From Clostridia bacterium DTU025 (GTDB lineage Bacteria > Bacillota > DTU025), in NCBI GenBank assembly GCA_001513145.1, contig LFSP01000026.1:27509-91508 (forward strand): a stretch of 64,000 nt of DNA. The letters run 5' to 3'. Below the pieces are notes generated by a model that saw only the letters and a program-made list of their open reading frames with translations, was not told the origin of the DNA and did no database searches. Shown here piece after piece: positions 18,991-27,773 of this stretch; position 1 is the first letter of the stretch; each line of letters starts with the position of its first letter. The translations under genes and the position numbers were made by a program.

Positions 18991-20379
18991 CCTGCTCCTC
19001 CTTTCCGTGGAAAACCCCAACCCCAACTTAGCCAAGCCCATGAACCATCCCAGACAAGCAATGTTAAGCACCGCAGTTACCACATGATCCGCGACCATCG
19101 CCCACACTGCCACGGCCGCTCCCCATCCAGGCCTTGACACCAGCGTACATATGAGGACGCACCTGGCGACGTTGCCCGCGAACACGTTCGCCGTCACCGG
19201 CGCCATCTGGCCCAACCCATGCAACACCCCGCTGCACACCATTCCCAGATATACGAAGGGCGCGGCCACCGACAGCGGACGCACGAGCGGCGCGATGTGA
19301 GGTGCCCCGTACAGCACACGCCCGATCAAACCCGGAACCAGGAACAACACAGCGGAGAAAACCGCCCCCACGGCACCTGCGATGAAAAAGGCCTTGCGCA
19401 ACAGGTCGGCCACTCTGCCGTACTGCTTTGCCCCCATTCGCTCAGCCACCGCCGGCGTCACCACCTGTATGATGGGCCCTATGGCCATCATCGGAAAGTA
19501 CAGCATCGGCGCCACCATGCCGGTAACCTCGCCGAACGCCTGCGCCGCCTCGGACTGGGTTAAACCCGCCGCCTGCAGCTGGCGCGGAACCAACGCCGCA
19601 TTGACCACGCTCATGATGCTGTTGAGCATGACCGACACCATGGCGGGAAGGCCAAGTCGCAGCAAGTCTCTGGTGTATCTTCCACTTGAGATCGAAGACC
19701 GTCTTCCCGCGCCACCGCCGCCCGCCATCAGGGGACGAACCCTCAGACCAAGGATGGCCAACGACCCAAGCTCCCCCACGACCATGCCGCAAACCATGGC
19801 CGCCGCGGCCGCCCCCGCGCCAAACGGCAGGAACGCCACCAGCATCGCAAGCACGCTAGGCACTCGGAACACGGCCTCTGCTACGTTGGCCCCGGCCACC
19901 GCGACGGCGCCGCCGAACCCGCGCAGGATTCCCCTGAGAACAGCCGTGATGGTGGACGGCACCAAGAGCAGTCCCAGGCACCTGATGGCCAGCACCAGCC
20001 GCACGTCGTCGAAAAGGAGAGGCACCATGAGCGGCGCCCCGACCCAAACCAGCGCCCCTGCCGCAAGGCCGGAAAAAGAGGCAGCCGCCAGAGCGGCCCT
20101 GGCGTACTCCCTGGCCTCGTCAGGCCTCGAGCGCCCGAGGCTATCGGCGATTCGGCTCACCACTGCGATGTGGAACCCCAGTAGGGCGGCGCCCGACGCC
20201 AGGCGGTACAAGGGAAGAGCCATCTGGAATAGCCCCAGCACCTCCGCGCCCACCATCCTGGCGACGATTATGTGGTATACCGCGCCTATCCCCCGGGTCA
20301 CCGCACCAGCAGCGGCCAGTGCGATAGCGCCTGCAACGAGAGTCCTTTTTCTGCCCGCGGTCATCTGCGAACTCACCAT
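18835..20379 (-). CDS. spoVB: Stage V sporulation protein B-like polysaccharide/lipid II flippase (MOP superfamily, SpoVB/MurJ-like). The 3' end reads into the repeat array.
   Basis: 514 aa, about 14 TM helices, MOP-family features. The last 50-60 codons are translated from repeat unit 3. Confidence 0.6.
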   Translation of the reverse strand: MVSSQMTAGRKRTLVAGAIALAAAGAVTRGIGAVYHIIVARMVGAEVLGLFQMALPLYRLASGAALLGFHIAVVSRIADSLGRSRPDEAREYARAALAAASFSGLAAGALVWVGAPLMVPLLFDDVRLVLAIRCLGLLLVPSTITAVLRGILRGFGGAVAVAGANVAEAVFRVPSVLAMLVAFLPFGAGAAAAAMVCGMVVGELGSLAILGLRVRPLMAGGGGAGRRSSISSGRYTRDLLRLGLPAMVSVMLNSIMSVVNAALVPRQLQAAGLTQSEAAQAFGEVTGMVAPMLYFPMMAIGPIIQVVTPAVAERMGAKQYGRVADLLRKAFFIAGAVGAVFSAVLFLVPGLIGRVLYGAPHIAPLVRPLSVAAPFVYLGMVCSGVLHGLGQMAPVTANVFAGNVARCVLICTLVSRPGWGAAVAVWAMVADHVVTAVLNIACLGWFMGLAKLGLGFSTERRSRSGCTPPSGGAPAVVLLPMEENLRREPCLAPSVGSSRARRCRGARGLIQRPR

Positions 20380-20523
20380 CCCACAGACTGATGGCTATTC
20401 GCCTGCGCACCGCAATAGAATGAGGCAGGCTCGGCGTACGCCTGCCTGCCCCTATAGCGTAAACTCGTCCGTAAACTCGTCGGTCGGCTCCGCGGGCCTG
20501 CCCTGTTGGCCTATCCTGCGGGC

Positions 20524-21168
20524 CTACTCGTTGCGCTTCTCTATGTAGCGCTCCAGCTTTCTCTTGACCCTCTGAAGGGCATTGTCAATCGACTTCACGT
20601 GCCGATTCAGTTCCATCGCGATCTCCTGATACGACTTGCCGTCGAGGTACGCGTTGAGCACCTCTCGCTCGAGATCGCTCAGGAACTCTCCCATCTTGAC
20701 CTCGATATCGATGAACTCCTCCCTGCTGATGACCAGCTCCTCGGGATCCGTGATCTTGTTGCCCGATAGCACGTCGAGAAGGGTACGGTCTGACTCCTCG
20801 TCATAGATGGGCTTGTTCAGAGAGACGTAGGAGTTGAGAGGAATGTGCTTCTGCCTGGTGGCAGTCTTAATTGCGGTAATTATCTGTCTTGTAATGCACA
20901 ACTCAGCGAAAGCGCGAAACGAAGCGAGCTTGTCCGATTTGAAATCGCGGATAGCCTTGTAGAGGCCGATCATTCCCTCCTGGATGATGTCCTCTCTGTC
21001 CGCCCCGATCAAGAAGTAGGAGCGCGCTTTAGCTCTCACGAAATTCTTGTACTTGTTGATGAGGTGTTCCTCTGCAGACCTATCACCAATCCTTGCGAAC
21101 TCAACAATCTGCTCGTCAGCCAGATCATCGTAGCAGACGCAAGATTCGCGTTGCAGGTTGGCTGTCAA
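20524..21168 (-). CDS. sigH: RNA polymerase sigma factor SigH (sigma-30)
   Basis: 214 aa, sigma-70 regions 2 and 4. It sits in the conserved position after rlmB. The gene is markedly lower in GC than its neighbours. Confidence 0.9.
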   Translation of the reverse strand: MTANLQRESCVCYDDLADEQIVEFARIGDRSAEEHLINKYKNFVRAKARSYFLIGADREDIIQEGMIGLYKAIRDFKSDKLASFRAFAELCITRQIITAIKTATRQKHIPLNSYVSLNKPIYDEESDRTLLDVLSGNKITDPEELVISREEFIDIEVKMGEFLSDLEREVLNAYLDGKSYQEIAMELNRHVKSIDNALQRVKRKLERYIEKRNE

Positions 21169-21298
21169 ATGAATTCCCTCCCGACACCAGACAGACTTCG
21201 GAGAGCGCCAAGCTTAGAAATCGAGCTCTACGAGTCACTTCCGGCGGGATTCCTGCGGAGAACGGAGACAGTGAAGATCCTCCTCGTAGGTCACCGAC

Positions 21299-21327
21299 AT
21301 TATATCGCAGCGTACCAAGAGGGTCAA
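21299..21327 (-). promoter_or_regulatory. Consensus sigma-A promoter for sigH (TTGACC-N17-TATAAT) with a 5' UTR of about 120 nt
   Basis: The minus-strand motifs read as ggtcaa at 21322-21327 and attata at 21299-21304 on the plus strand, with 17-nt spacing. Confidence 0.5.
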
Positions 21328-21357
21328 GCAAACTGGCTGGTCAAGCCATCCATAGAA

Positions 21358-22284
21358 TTAGCTATCACTGTCAGACTGACCCACCGGTCCTCCTTTCTTC
21401 AATCGCTGTCTGACTATCTCAAACGCCACCACAGCCCACGCCACGCCGGCATTCAGAGACGCGAGCTTCCCACCCATGGGTATGTTAACAGTGAAGTCAC
21501 ATCTCTCCCCCACCAGCCGTGACATGCCCCTGCCTTCGCTACCCACCACCACCGCGATGGGGCCGGTCAGGTCCGCATCCCACAGGGGCAAAGGGGCCTC
21601 AGGCTCGGTGCCCACCACCCACACACCCGCCTGCTTCAGCCGTTCTATGCAGTTCGCTATGTTGACCACTCTGGCCACAGGGGTGTGGGCCGCCGCGCCG
21701 GCTGACGCCCTCACCACAGCCGGGCTCACCTGGCTGCTCCTTCTGGCGGGGATCACGACGCCATGGGCTCTTGCGGCGTTGGCCGTCCTTATGATGGATC
21801 CCAGGTTCTGCGGGTCCTCGATGCCGTCAAGCACCGCTATGAAAGGGTCCTGTCCGGCGGCGCGAGCGGCCTCCAAGATGTCGTCGATCTGCACGTAGCT
21901 GATGGGCGCGAGGAACGCCAGCACCCCTTGGTGATTGCCTGCGCCCGCCTCTGCCGCAGCCCGATCCATCGTCGCCCTGTCGACAAACGACACGGGCACC
22001 CGGTGTTCCCTGGCTAACGCTAGGACCTCCGGGTCAGAGCCACCCTTCACAACGAGGATCTTGTTGACCTGCCTGCCCGACTCAACGGCCTCCACCACTG
22101 GCCTGCGGCCCCAGACCACGTAGTCGCAGTCCTCCCCTGAGTCACGCTGGTCGCGCTGATCGAGCGGGCCTCGTGAGGCGCGTGAGCCGCGCAACCTCCT
22201 CGGGTCACCTGAGCTGCCTGTTCCGCCCGGGCCGTCTGCCCTCACCCTCCTCGGCCTGTCCCCCTTGTCGCGGAACCTAACCAT
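21358..22284 (-). CDS. rlmB: 23S rRNA (guanosine-2'-O)-methyltransferase RlmB (SpoU/TrmH family) with basic N-terminal extension
   Basis: SpoU methylase motifs (LDGIEDPQNLGSIIRTA, VVGSEGRGMS). The likely start MVRFRD lies at about 22284, and the track ORF extends to 22464. Confidence 0.8.
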   Translation of the reverse strand: MVRFRDKGDRPRRVRADGPGGTGSSGDPRRLRGSRASRGPLDQRDQRDSGEDCDYVVWGRRPVVEAVESGRQVNKILVVKGGSDPEVLALAREHRVPVSFVDRATMDRAAAEAGAGNHQGVLAFLAPISYVQIDDILEAARAAGQDPFIAVLDGIEDPQNLGSIIRTANAARAHGVVIPARRSSQVSPAVVRASAGAAAHTPVARVVNIANCIERLKQAGVWVVGTEPEAPLPLWDADLTGPIAVVVGSEGRGMSRLVGERCDFTVNIPMGGKLASLNAGVAWAVVAFEIVRQRLKKGGPVGQSDSDS

Positions 22285-22744
22285 CGGAACCCTCCCGCCT
22301 GTCTCCACATCCTTCGTTGACGATCTCGAGAGCCATGTGGAGCAGCTCATCAAGGCGCTCCGAACGGCCGGTGAGGTACGCGTGGCCCAGGAGCGTCTCG
22401 AAACCGGTGGAGTGCCGGTACTGTCCTGTCTCGCTGGAGTGCACAGCATGGTGCGGCCTGACATTGCGGCCTCGCCTCACCAGGTCCTGCTCCTCTGGGG
22501 TCAGGTGATGGGCGAGCTCCTGCACCAGCCTCGACTGCCCCCTGGCGCTCACGCACCTGAGCGCCGCGCGATGCAAGTCATGGGCCGTAGTTATCCCCCG
22601 TGCGGCGGCCACAAGCTGGGTCCTGACGAACAGCTCCCACACGGCGTCGCCCACGTACGCGAGGACCGTGGGCGACACCTCCCGGACCTGCTCGTCACTG
22701 AGATACACGCTTCCACCTGGCGCCATCTCTCGTGTCCTCAACAA
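22277..22744 (-). CDS. mrnC: Mini-ribonuclease 3 (Mini-III)
   Basis: 155 aa, with the AYVGDAVWELFVR RNase III-like signature. Conserved position between cysS and rlmB. Confidence 0.8.
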   Translation of the reverse strand: MLRTREMAPGGSVYLSDEQVREVSPTVLAYVGDAVWELFVRTQLVAAARGITTAHDLHRAALRCVSARGQSRLVQELAHHLTPEEQDLVRRGRNVRPHHAVHSSETGQYRHSTGFETLLGHAYLTGRSERLDELLHMALEIVNEGCGDRREGSDG

Positions 22745-24203
22745 CTATGCCCAGCTCCGAAAGCTCGCCTCTGATCTTGTCAGACAGAGCATATTGCTTC
22801 ATCGCCCTTGCCTCCGCCCGCACGTCCAGCAGGAGCCGGATCAGCGACTCCACCAGCTTCGCATCGCCGTCGCCACCGGCCTCCGCCCCGGTCTCCGCAG
22901 TGGCATGCGCCGAAAGAAGGGTGTCGAGGTCCAGTATGCCCACCACGTCGCCGAGTTCCGCCATGGCAAGCGTGGCTGCGGCCACCGCCGCCCGCACGGG
23001 CTCCGACTGGCCCTGACCCGGCTGGATGCCCTGGTTGACGTAGGTGTTCAGCGCTGTGGCCAGCTCGTGCAGGGCGGCGATGGCGCCGGCGGTGTTGAAG
23101 TCGTCGTCCATGGCCTCCTCGAAACTGGCCTTCGCCGCTGTTATCGCCTGGGCAAGCTGGGTTTCAGGCCTCACCGCCTGCTCCAGCTGCTCGCGGGTCC
23201 AGCCTTTCATGCCGGTGGCGAACAGCGCGTTGGCGACCGCGCTTTCCAGCCTGGCCAGGGCCTTGCCGCACGCGGTCAGCTCCTCGTCGCTGAAGTTGAT
23301 GGGCTTGCGGTAATGGTTGGAGATGAGGAAGTAGCGAACCACCTTGCCGGGATACTGCTTGAGGATGCCCCGAACCGTCTTGAAGTTGCCGAGCGACTTC
23401 CCCATGCGCTGCCCATCGATGTTGACGTAGCCGTTGTGCACCCAGTACTTCACAGGCGGATGGCCGTTGGCGCCGTGGCTCTGGGCTATCTCGTTCTCGT
23501 GATGCGGAAACACCAGGTCAACCCCACCGGTGTGTATGTCGAACACCGGGCCCAGGTACTGCGTGGACATGACGCTGCACTCGATGTGCCATCCCGGTCT
23601 GCCGGGCCCCCACGGTGAATCCCACGCCGGCTCCCCCGGCTTTGCCGCCTTCCACAGAGCGAAGTCGAGGGGATCCTGCTTCGCCTCGCCCGGTTCAACC
23701 CTGGCGCCCGCCTTCAGATCGTCGATGTTCTGACCCGAAAGCTCTCCATATGGCTCAAAGCGCGATACGTCGTAGTAGACATCGCCGCCTGCCACGTAGG
23801 CCAGGCCGTTGTCCACGAGCTTCTGGATCATCTTGATCATGCCCTCAACGTGTTGGGTCGCCCTGGGCTGAATGTCGGGAGGCCGCACCCCTAGGGCCTT
23901 CCTGTCTTCAAAGAAGGCCTTGGTGTACTCGTCTACTATGTCGGCGGGCTCCACTCCGCGCTCGCTGGCTCGCTTAATGATCTTGTCTTCAATGTCGGTG
24001 ATATTCTGCACAAGGGTGACTTCGTATCCCTTGTACTGGAGGTACCTGCGTATCACGTCAGGCACCACGAAAGCTCTGGCGTTGCCTATGTGAAAGTAGT
24101 CGTACACTGTGGGACCGCAGCTGTATATGCCCACTTTGCCTGGGTTCACGGGTACGAACTCCTCTTTACGCTTCGTCAGGGTGTTGTATATCCTGATCGC
24201 CAC
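22695..24203 (-). CDS. cysS: Cysteine--tRNA ligase
   Basis: 502 aa, class I HIGH-type CGPTVYDYFHIGNARAF, KMSKS-like KMGKSLGN. Confidence 0.92.
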   Translation of the reverse strand: MAIRIYNTLTKRKEEFVPVNPGKVGIYSCGPTVYDYFHIGNARAFVVPDVIRRYLQYKGYEVTLVQNITDIEDKIIKRASERGVEPADIVDEYTKAFFEDRKALGVRPPDIQPRATQHVEGMIKMIQKLVDNGLAYVAGGDVYYDVSRFEPYGELSGQNIDDLKAGARVEPGEAKQDPLDFALWKAAKPGEPAWDSPWGPGRPGWHIECSVMSTQYLGPVFDIHTGGVDLVFPHHENEIAQSHGANGHPPVKYWVHNGYVNIDGQRMGKSLGNFKTVRGILKQYPGKVVRYFLISNHYRKPINFSDEELTACGKALARLESAVANALFATGMKGWTREQLEQAVRPETQLAQAITAAKASFEEAMDDDFNTAGAIAALHELATALNTYVNQGIQPGQGQSEPVRAAVAAATLAMAELGDVVGILDLDTLLSAHATAETGAEAGGDGDAKLVESLIRLLLDVRAEARAMKQYALSDKIRGELSELGIVVEDTRDGARWKRVSQ

Positions 24204-25458
24204 TGATGGGCCCTCCCCCGTTCCGTTCTTGCCAGGCCATCAGCACCACGGCTGAACACGCCATTGACTCCAGCCGCCCGATGGCGCCCAACAACTCGGT
24301 GGTCTTTGCCTTAATATTAACACAGTCTTCGGTACAGCCGATGGCAGCAGCAAGCCCCTCGCGCATCCTCTGGGCGTATGGCGCCACCTTGGGCGCCTGG
24401 GCGATGACGGTTACGTCGCAGTTCACCGCCGTGAACCCGTGGGCTCGGCACATCTGGGCCGCCTGGGCCAGAAGCTCCATGCTGTCGGCACCCTCGTACC
24501 TGGGGTCGGTGTCAGGAAAGTGCCTGCCGATGTCGCCCAGGCCCGCCGCCCCCAGCATGGCGTCGCACACGGCGTGGGCCACCACGTCAGCATCTGAGTG
24601 GCCGACGAGCCCCAGATGGAAGGGTATCTCAACCCCTCCCAGCACGAGGCGTCGGCCGGGGGCCGTCCGGTGGATATCAAACCCTTGCCCCACCTTGATG
24701 CGGGGCGCCTGGCGCCTGCGCAGCCCGAGCGTGGCCTCGGCGATGACCATGTCGTCAGGGGAGGTGATCTTTATGTTCATGGGCTCGCCCGGCACCAGAG
24801 TCACCCGGACGCCGGCGGCCTCCACCAGCGCGGCGTCGTCTGTTGCCCGAAGTCCGGTACGCCTGGCGCTGACGTGTGCATCGATTATTAGCTCTCTTCT
24901 GAAAGCCTGGGGGGTCTGCACGAGAGTCAGGCGGGCTCTGTCGAGGGTGCGCACGACGGTGCCCTCTTGCACCTCCTTGACGGTGTCGGTGGGCTGCAGG
25001 CCGCACGTGGCAGCCCCGTGGCGCACGGCCGCCTGTACCACGCTCTCCACCAGTCGGGGGCTGGCCAGGGGCCTTGCGCCGTCGTGTATCACCACGATGG
25101 GATAGTCGTCAGCTTCGCCCTCAAGCTCGCCGCTGACCAAGACGCTCTCCAGGGCGGAAAGGGCGGAAAACACCGACTCCTGCCTGTCGTGCCCTCCCTC
25201 CACCACCATGCAGCGGCAGGCGGAAGACAGGGAGTATCCACGCACGATGTCCTTCTCGAAACGCTCCACGTCCCCGGGCGGCACCGCCACCACCACCAGC
25301 CCCACGCTAGGCGCAGACGCCACCGCCCTGATGGCGCGGACCACCACCGGAACGCCTGCAAGGTGGAGATACTGCTTGGGCACGCCAACGCCCATACGGT
25401 CGCCGCGCCCGGCCGCCGCCACGATGGCTGCGGCGACCTTCCTCGCCGATGACACCAT
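24166..25458 (-). CDS. ispDF: Bifunctional IspD/IspF (MEP cytidylyltransferase / MEcPP synthase)
   Basis: N-terminal IspD (AAIVAAAGRGDRMG), C-terminal IspF (GQGFDIHRT...GHSDADVVAHA), single 430-aa frame. Confidence 0.88.
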   Translation of the reverse strand: MVSSARKVAAAIVAAAGRGDRMGVGVPKQYLHLAGVPVVVRAIRAVASAPSVGLVVVAVPPGDVERFEKDIVRGYSLSSACRCMVVEGGHDRQESVFSALSALESVLVSGELEGEADDYPIVVIHDGARPLASPRLVESVVQAAVRHGAATCGLQPTDTVKEVQEGTVVRTLDRARLTLVQTPQAFRRELIIDAHVSARRTGLRATDDAALVEAAGVRVTLVPGEPMNIKITSPDDMVIAEATLGLRRRQAPRIKVGQGFDIHRTAPGRRLVLGGVEIPFHLGLVGHSDADVVAHAVCDAMLGAAGLGDIGRHFPDTDPRYEGADSMELLAQAAQMCRAHGFTAVNCDVTVIAQAPKVAPYAQRMREGLAAAIGCTEDCVNIKAKTTELLGAIGRLESMACSAVVLMAWQERNGGGPISGDQDIQHPDEA

Positions 25459-25462
25459 GGGT

Positions 25463-26662
25463 TCACACCGCCCTGTTGTCGGCCGCCTTCAGCTTGGCGA
25501 AGATCATGCGCCCCGCCGAAGTCTGGAGCACGCTCGTGACCATGACGCCGATGGAGTCGCCTATGTGGCGCTTGCCGCCGTCCACAACCACCATGGTGCC
25601 GTCGTCGAGATAGGCAACGCCCTGCCCGGCCTCCTTGCCGTCCTTCACTACGTGGACGGTCATCTCCTCGCCAGGCAGCACCACGGGCTTGAGCGCGTTG
25701 GCCAGTTCGTTGATGTTGAGCACAGACACTCCGTGCAGTTCCGCTACTTTGTTGAGGTTGAAATCGTTGGTGAGGATCGTGGCGTTCATCATCTGCGCCA
25801 GCTTGATGAGCTTTGCGTCGACTTCGGCATCGTCCATGCGCTCGTCGACTATCTCGATGGTGAGGGATTCGTCCTTCTGCATCCTCTTGAGGATGTCCAG
25901 GCCACGCCTGCCGCGGTTCCGCTTCAACACGTCGCTGGAGTCGGCTATGCGCTGCAGCTCCTCCAGTACGAAGCTGGGGATCACCAGCACGCCCTCGAGA
26001 AACCCGGCATCGGCGATGTCAGCGATCCTGCCATCAATGATCACGCTGGTGTCAAGCAGCTTGGGGCAGGCTCTTGCCACATACGCCCTTGACAACGCGC
26101 CCCGGCCGCCGCCGCGGGCCGCCCCGCCTCCGCCGCGGCCTCGCGCCCCGCCGCGCTGGCCGAAACGGGCCGGCGCTTCACCGTGCTCGCCGTGGTCCCA
26201 TTGATCCCCGTGCCGCGGCGCCATGGCCAGCAACACCAGTATCTCGTCGCGTTTGTGATAGCCCACCACTAGGCCCACCAGAGCCAGCGCAACGTTGACT
26301 CCTATGGCTATGTAGCTTCCTACGTTGGGTATGAGGGCGATGGGCACCGCCAATAGATTCGCGATTATGAGGCCAACTATGATGCTGAACGCTGCTGACA
26401 CAGCGCCAGTGGCGGAGAGGTGGCGCACGCCTGTGTCGACCCACAGTGAGAATGCCGAGAAGGCGCGGCCCACCAAAGGAGCGATGAGAAATCCAATGAG
26501 TCCTCCGCTGGTGACAGTGCCCACCATCGCTCGCAGCGCGACGCCCTGGCTCGTCGGCGCCATCACTGTCAGCGGCAGGCTGCGGGAGATCAAGTACCCC
26601 ACGATCATGCCTGCCCCTACCATGAACACCCGGAGTCTGCCAAAGCGCACTGCCGAGATCAC
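25463..26662 (-). CDS. yacL: Membrane-anchored PIN/TRAM domain protein YacL-like, with an RGG-rich linker
   Basis: N-terminal TM helices, then PIN ([11 protein letters not shown]) and a C-terminal TRAM domain. Low-complexity [21 protein letters not shown] insert. Confidence 0.8.
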   Translation of the reverse strand: MISAVRFGRLRVFMVGAGMIVGYLISRSLPLTVMAPTSQGVALRAMVGTVTSGGLIGFLIAPLVGRAFSAFSLWVDTGVRHLSATGAVSAAFSIIVGLIIANLLAVPIALIPNVGSYIAIGVNVALALVGLVVGYHKRDEILVLLAMAPRHGDQWDHGEHGEAPARFGQRGGARGRGGGGAARGGGRGALSRAYVARACPKLLDTSVIIDGRIADIADAGFLEGVLVIPSFVLEELQRIADSSDVLKRNRGRRGLDILKRMQKDESLTIEIVDERMDDAEVDAKLIKLAQMMNATILTNDFNLNKVAELHGVSVLNINELANALKPVVLPGEEMTVHVVKDGKEAGQGVAYLDDGTMVVVDGGKRHIGDSIGVMVTSVLQTSAGRMIFAKLKAADNRAV

Positions 26663-26737
26663 CTCCAGAAAGTCGGACCGGCTGAGCCGGGCCGTTCCAA
26701 CTTATCGTTCCCAGCTCCCTGCCTAAATATTGAGGCC

Positions 26738-27223
26738 CTACTCGCTCCCGTTGAGTATGGCCTCGATGCCGGACGCGACCTCCTCTGCCGACTTGTTCTC
26801 GACAATGCACAGCTCGCTGCAGAGGATCTGCTTGGCGTTCTCCAACATGCGTCTTTCCCCTGTTGACAGGCCCTTTTCCTTGTCCCTCAGGCCCAGGTTC
26901 CTCACTACCTCAGCTACGGTGAAGACGTCTCCGGTCTTCAGCTTCTCCATGTTGGCCCGGTAGCGGCGGTTCCAGTTCTGGCTCATGGCAGTCTTCTCGC
27001 CCTTGAGCACCTCATACACCGCCGGAACCTCTTCTGGGGAAATCACGGGCCTAAGGCCCACTTCCTCAGCGTTGCTCTTCGGCACCATCACCTTCATGTC
27101 ACCTACGGAGAGGCGCATGATGTAGTATTGATCACGATGCCCGAGGATCTCACGCTCTTCGATCTTCTCGATTACCCCAGCTCCGTGCATGGGGTATACC
27201 ACCTTGTCGCCGACTTTGAACAC
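26738..27223 (-). CDS. carD: CarD/CdnL family RNA polymerase-binding transcription regulator
   Basis: 161 aa, MFKVGDKVVYPMHGAGVIEKIEE CarD_TRCF N-domain. Confidence 0.8.
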   Translation of the reverse strand: MFKVGDKVVYPMHGAGVIEKIEEREILGHRDQYYIMRLSVGDMKVMVPKSNAEEVGLRPVISPEEVPAVYEVLKGEKTAMSQNWNRRYRANMEKLKTGDVFTVAEVVRNLGLRDKEKGLSTGERRMLENAKQILCSELCIVENKSAEEVASGIEAILNGSE

Positions 27224-27279
27224 GGCTCACATCATCCTCCTCGGACCACCTTATGAAATTGTACCATTGCCTATCGAGA

Positions 27280-27308
27280 TTGACAACGTTACTGCCCGAC
27301 CGTATAAT
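27280..27308 (+). promoter_or_regulatory. Perfect consensus sigma-A promoter (TTGACA-N17-TATAAT) driving the divergent small gene
   Basis: TTGACA 27280-27285, TATAAT 27303-27308. GGAGGTGA RBS at 27355-27362, then a TTG start at 27369. Confidence 0.6.
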
Positions 27309-27368
27309 CAAGTTGAACTTGGCACACGCCATCTATCCAGCGTGGGCCGGTTTTGGAGGTGACTTGCC

Positions 27369-27773
27369 TTGGCGGACTTCTCTTTCGCGGACTTCCAGGC
27401 GGCAGTGTCGGATTGCCTCATTCGCCATCGCAGCGTCCTAGATGTAATCACCAAGTTCCAGGAGGCAAGTGCCAGGGTGAACCGCGCCGTAGCCAAGTCA
27501 GTCACGGTGTGTGGCTGCATGGAGATCAACGCCTCCAAGCAGCGGCTGCCTGAGCCCGCCGACGACATGTCGCTGTCAGACCTGAAACAGCTCATGAGCA
27601 CCCATATCGCAGGCGAGCTCTGCGCGGACTGCAAGGACGCCCTAGAAACCGAAGTCGGCCGTTGCCTCTACTACCTGGTGGCCCTGTGCAGCGTGGCCGG
27701 CATCAACTTCGACGAAGTCATGACCCGCGAGTGGGAAAGGCTCCACATGCTGGGCCTGTTCAACATGAACTAG
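27369..27773 (+). CDS. Hypothetical Cys-rich small protein with MazG-like C-terminal helical pair (degenerate NTP-pyrophosphohydrolase-like)
   Basis: 134 aa, TTG start. ETEVGRCLYYLVALCSVAGINFDEV resembles the MazG EELGDVLFYLV helix. 7 Cys. It is the only plus-strand gene inside the minus-strand supercluster. Confidence 0.5.
   Translation: MADFSFADFQAAVSDCLIRHRSVLDVITKFQEASARVNRAVAKSVTVCGCMEINASKQRLPEPADDMSLSDLKQLMSTHIAGELCADCKDALETEVGRCLYYLVALCSVAGINFDEVMTREWERLHMLGLFNMN

Noticed and set aside
18134-19137. ORFs predicted across the repeat array (18134..18985 -, 18446..18850 +, 18654..19031 +, 18751..19137 +) as protein-coding genes
   Set aside because: Their sequences are the periodic translation of the repeat units (repeated SSIGRST.RSAPPDGG peptides). 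They have no RBS and no start context and are Arg/Pro-rich.
20458-20481. 12-bp tandem duplication cgtaaactcgtc x2 between spoVB and sigH as a regulatory direct repeat
   Set aside because: It is a single duplication with no further copies or dyad symmetry, most likely a slippage remnant.
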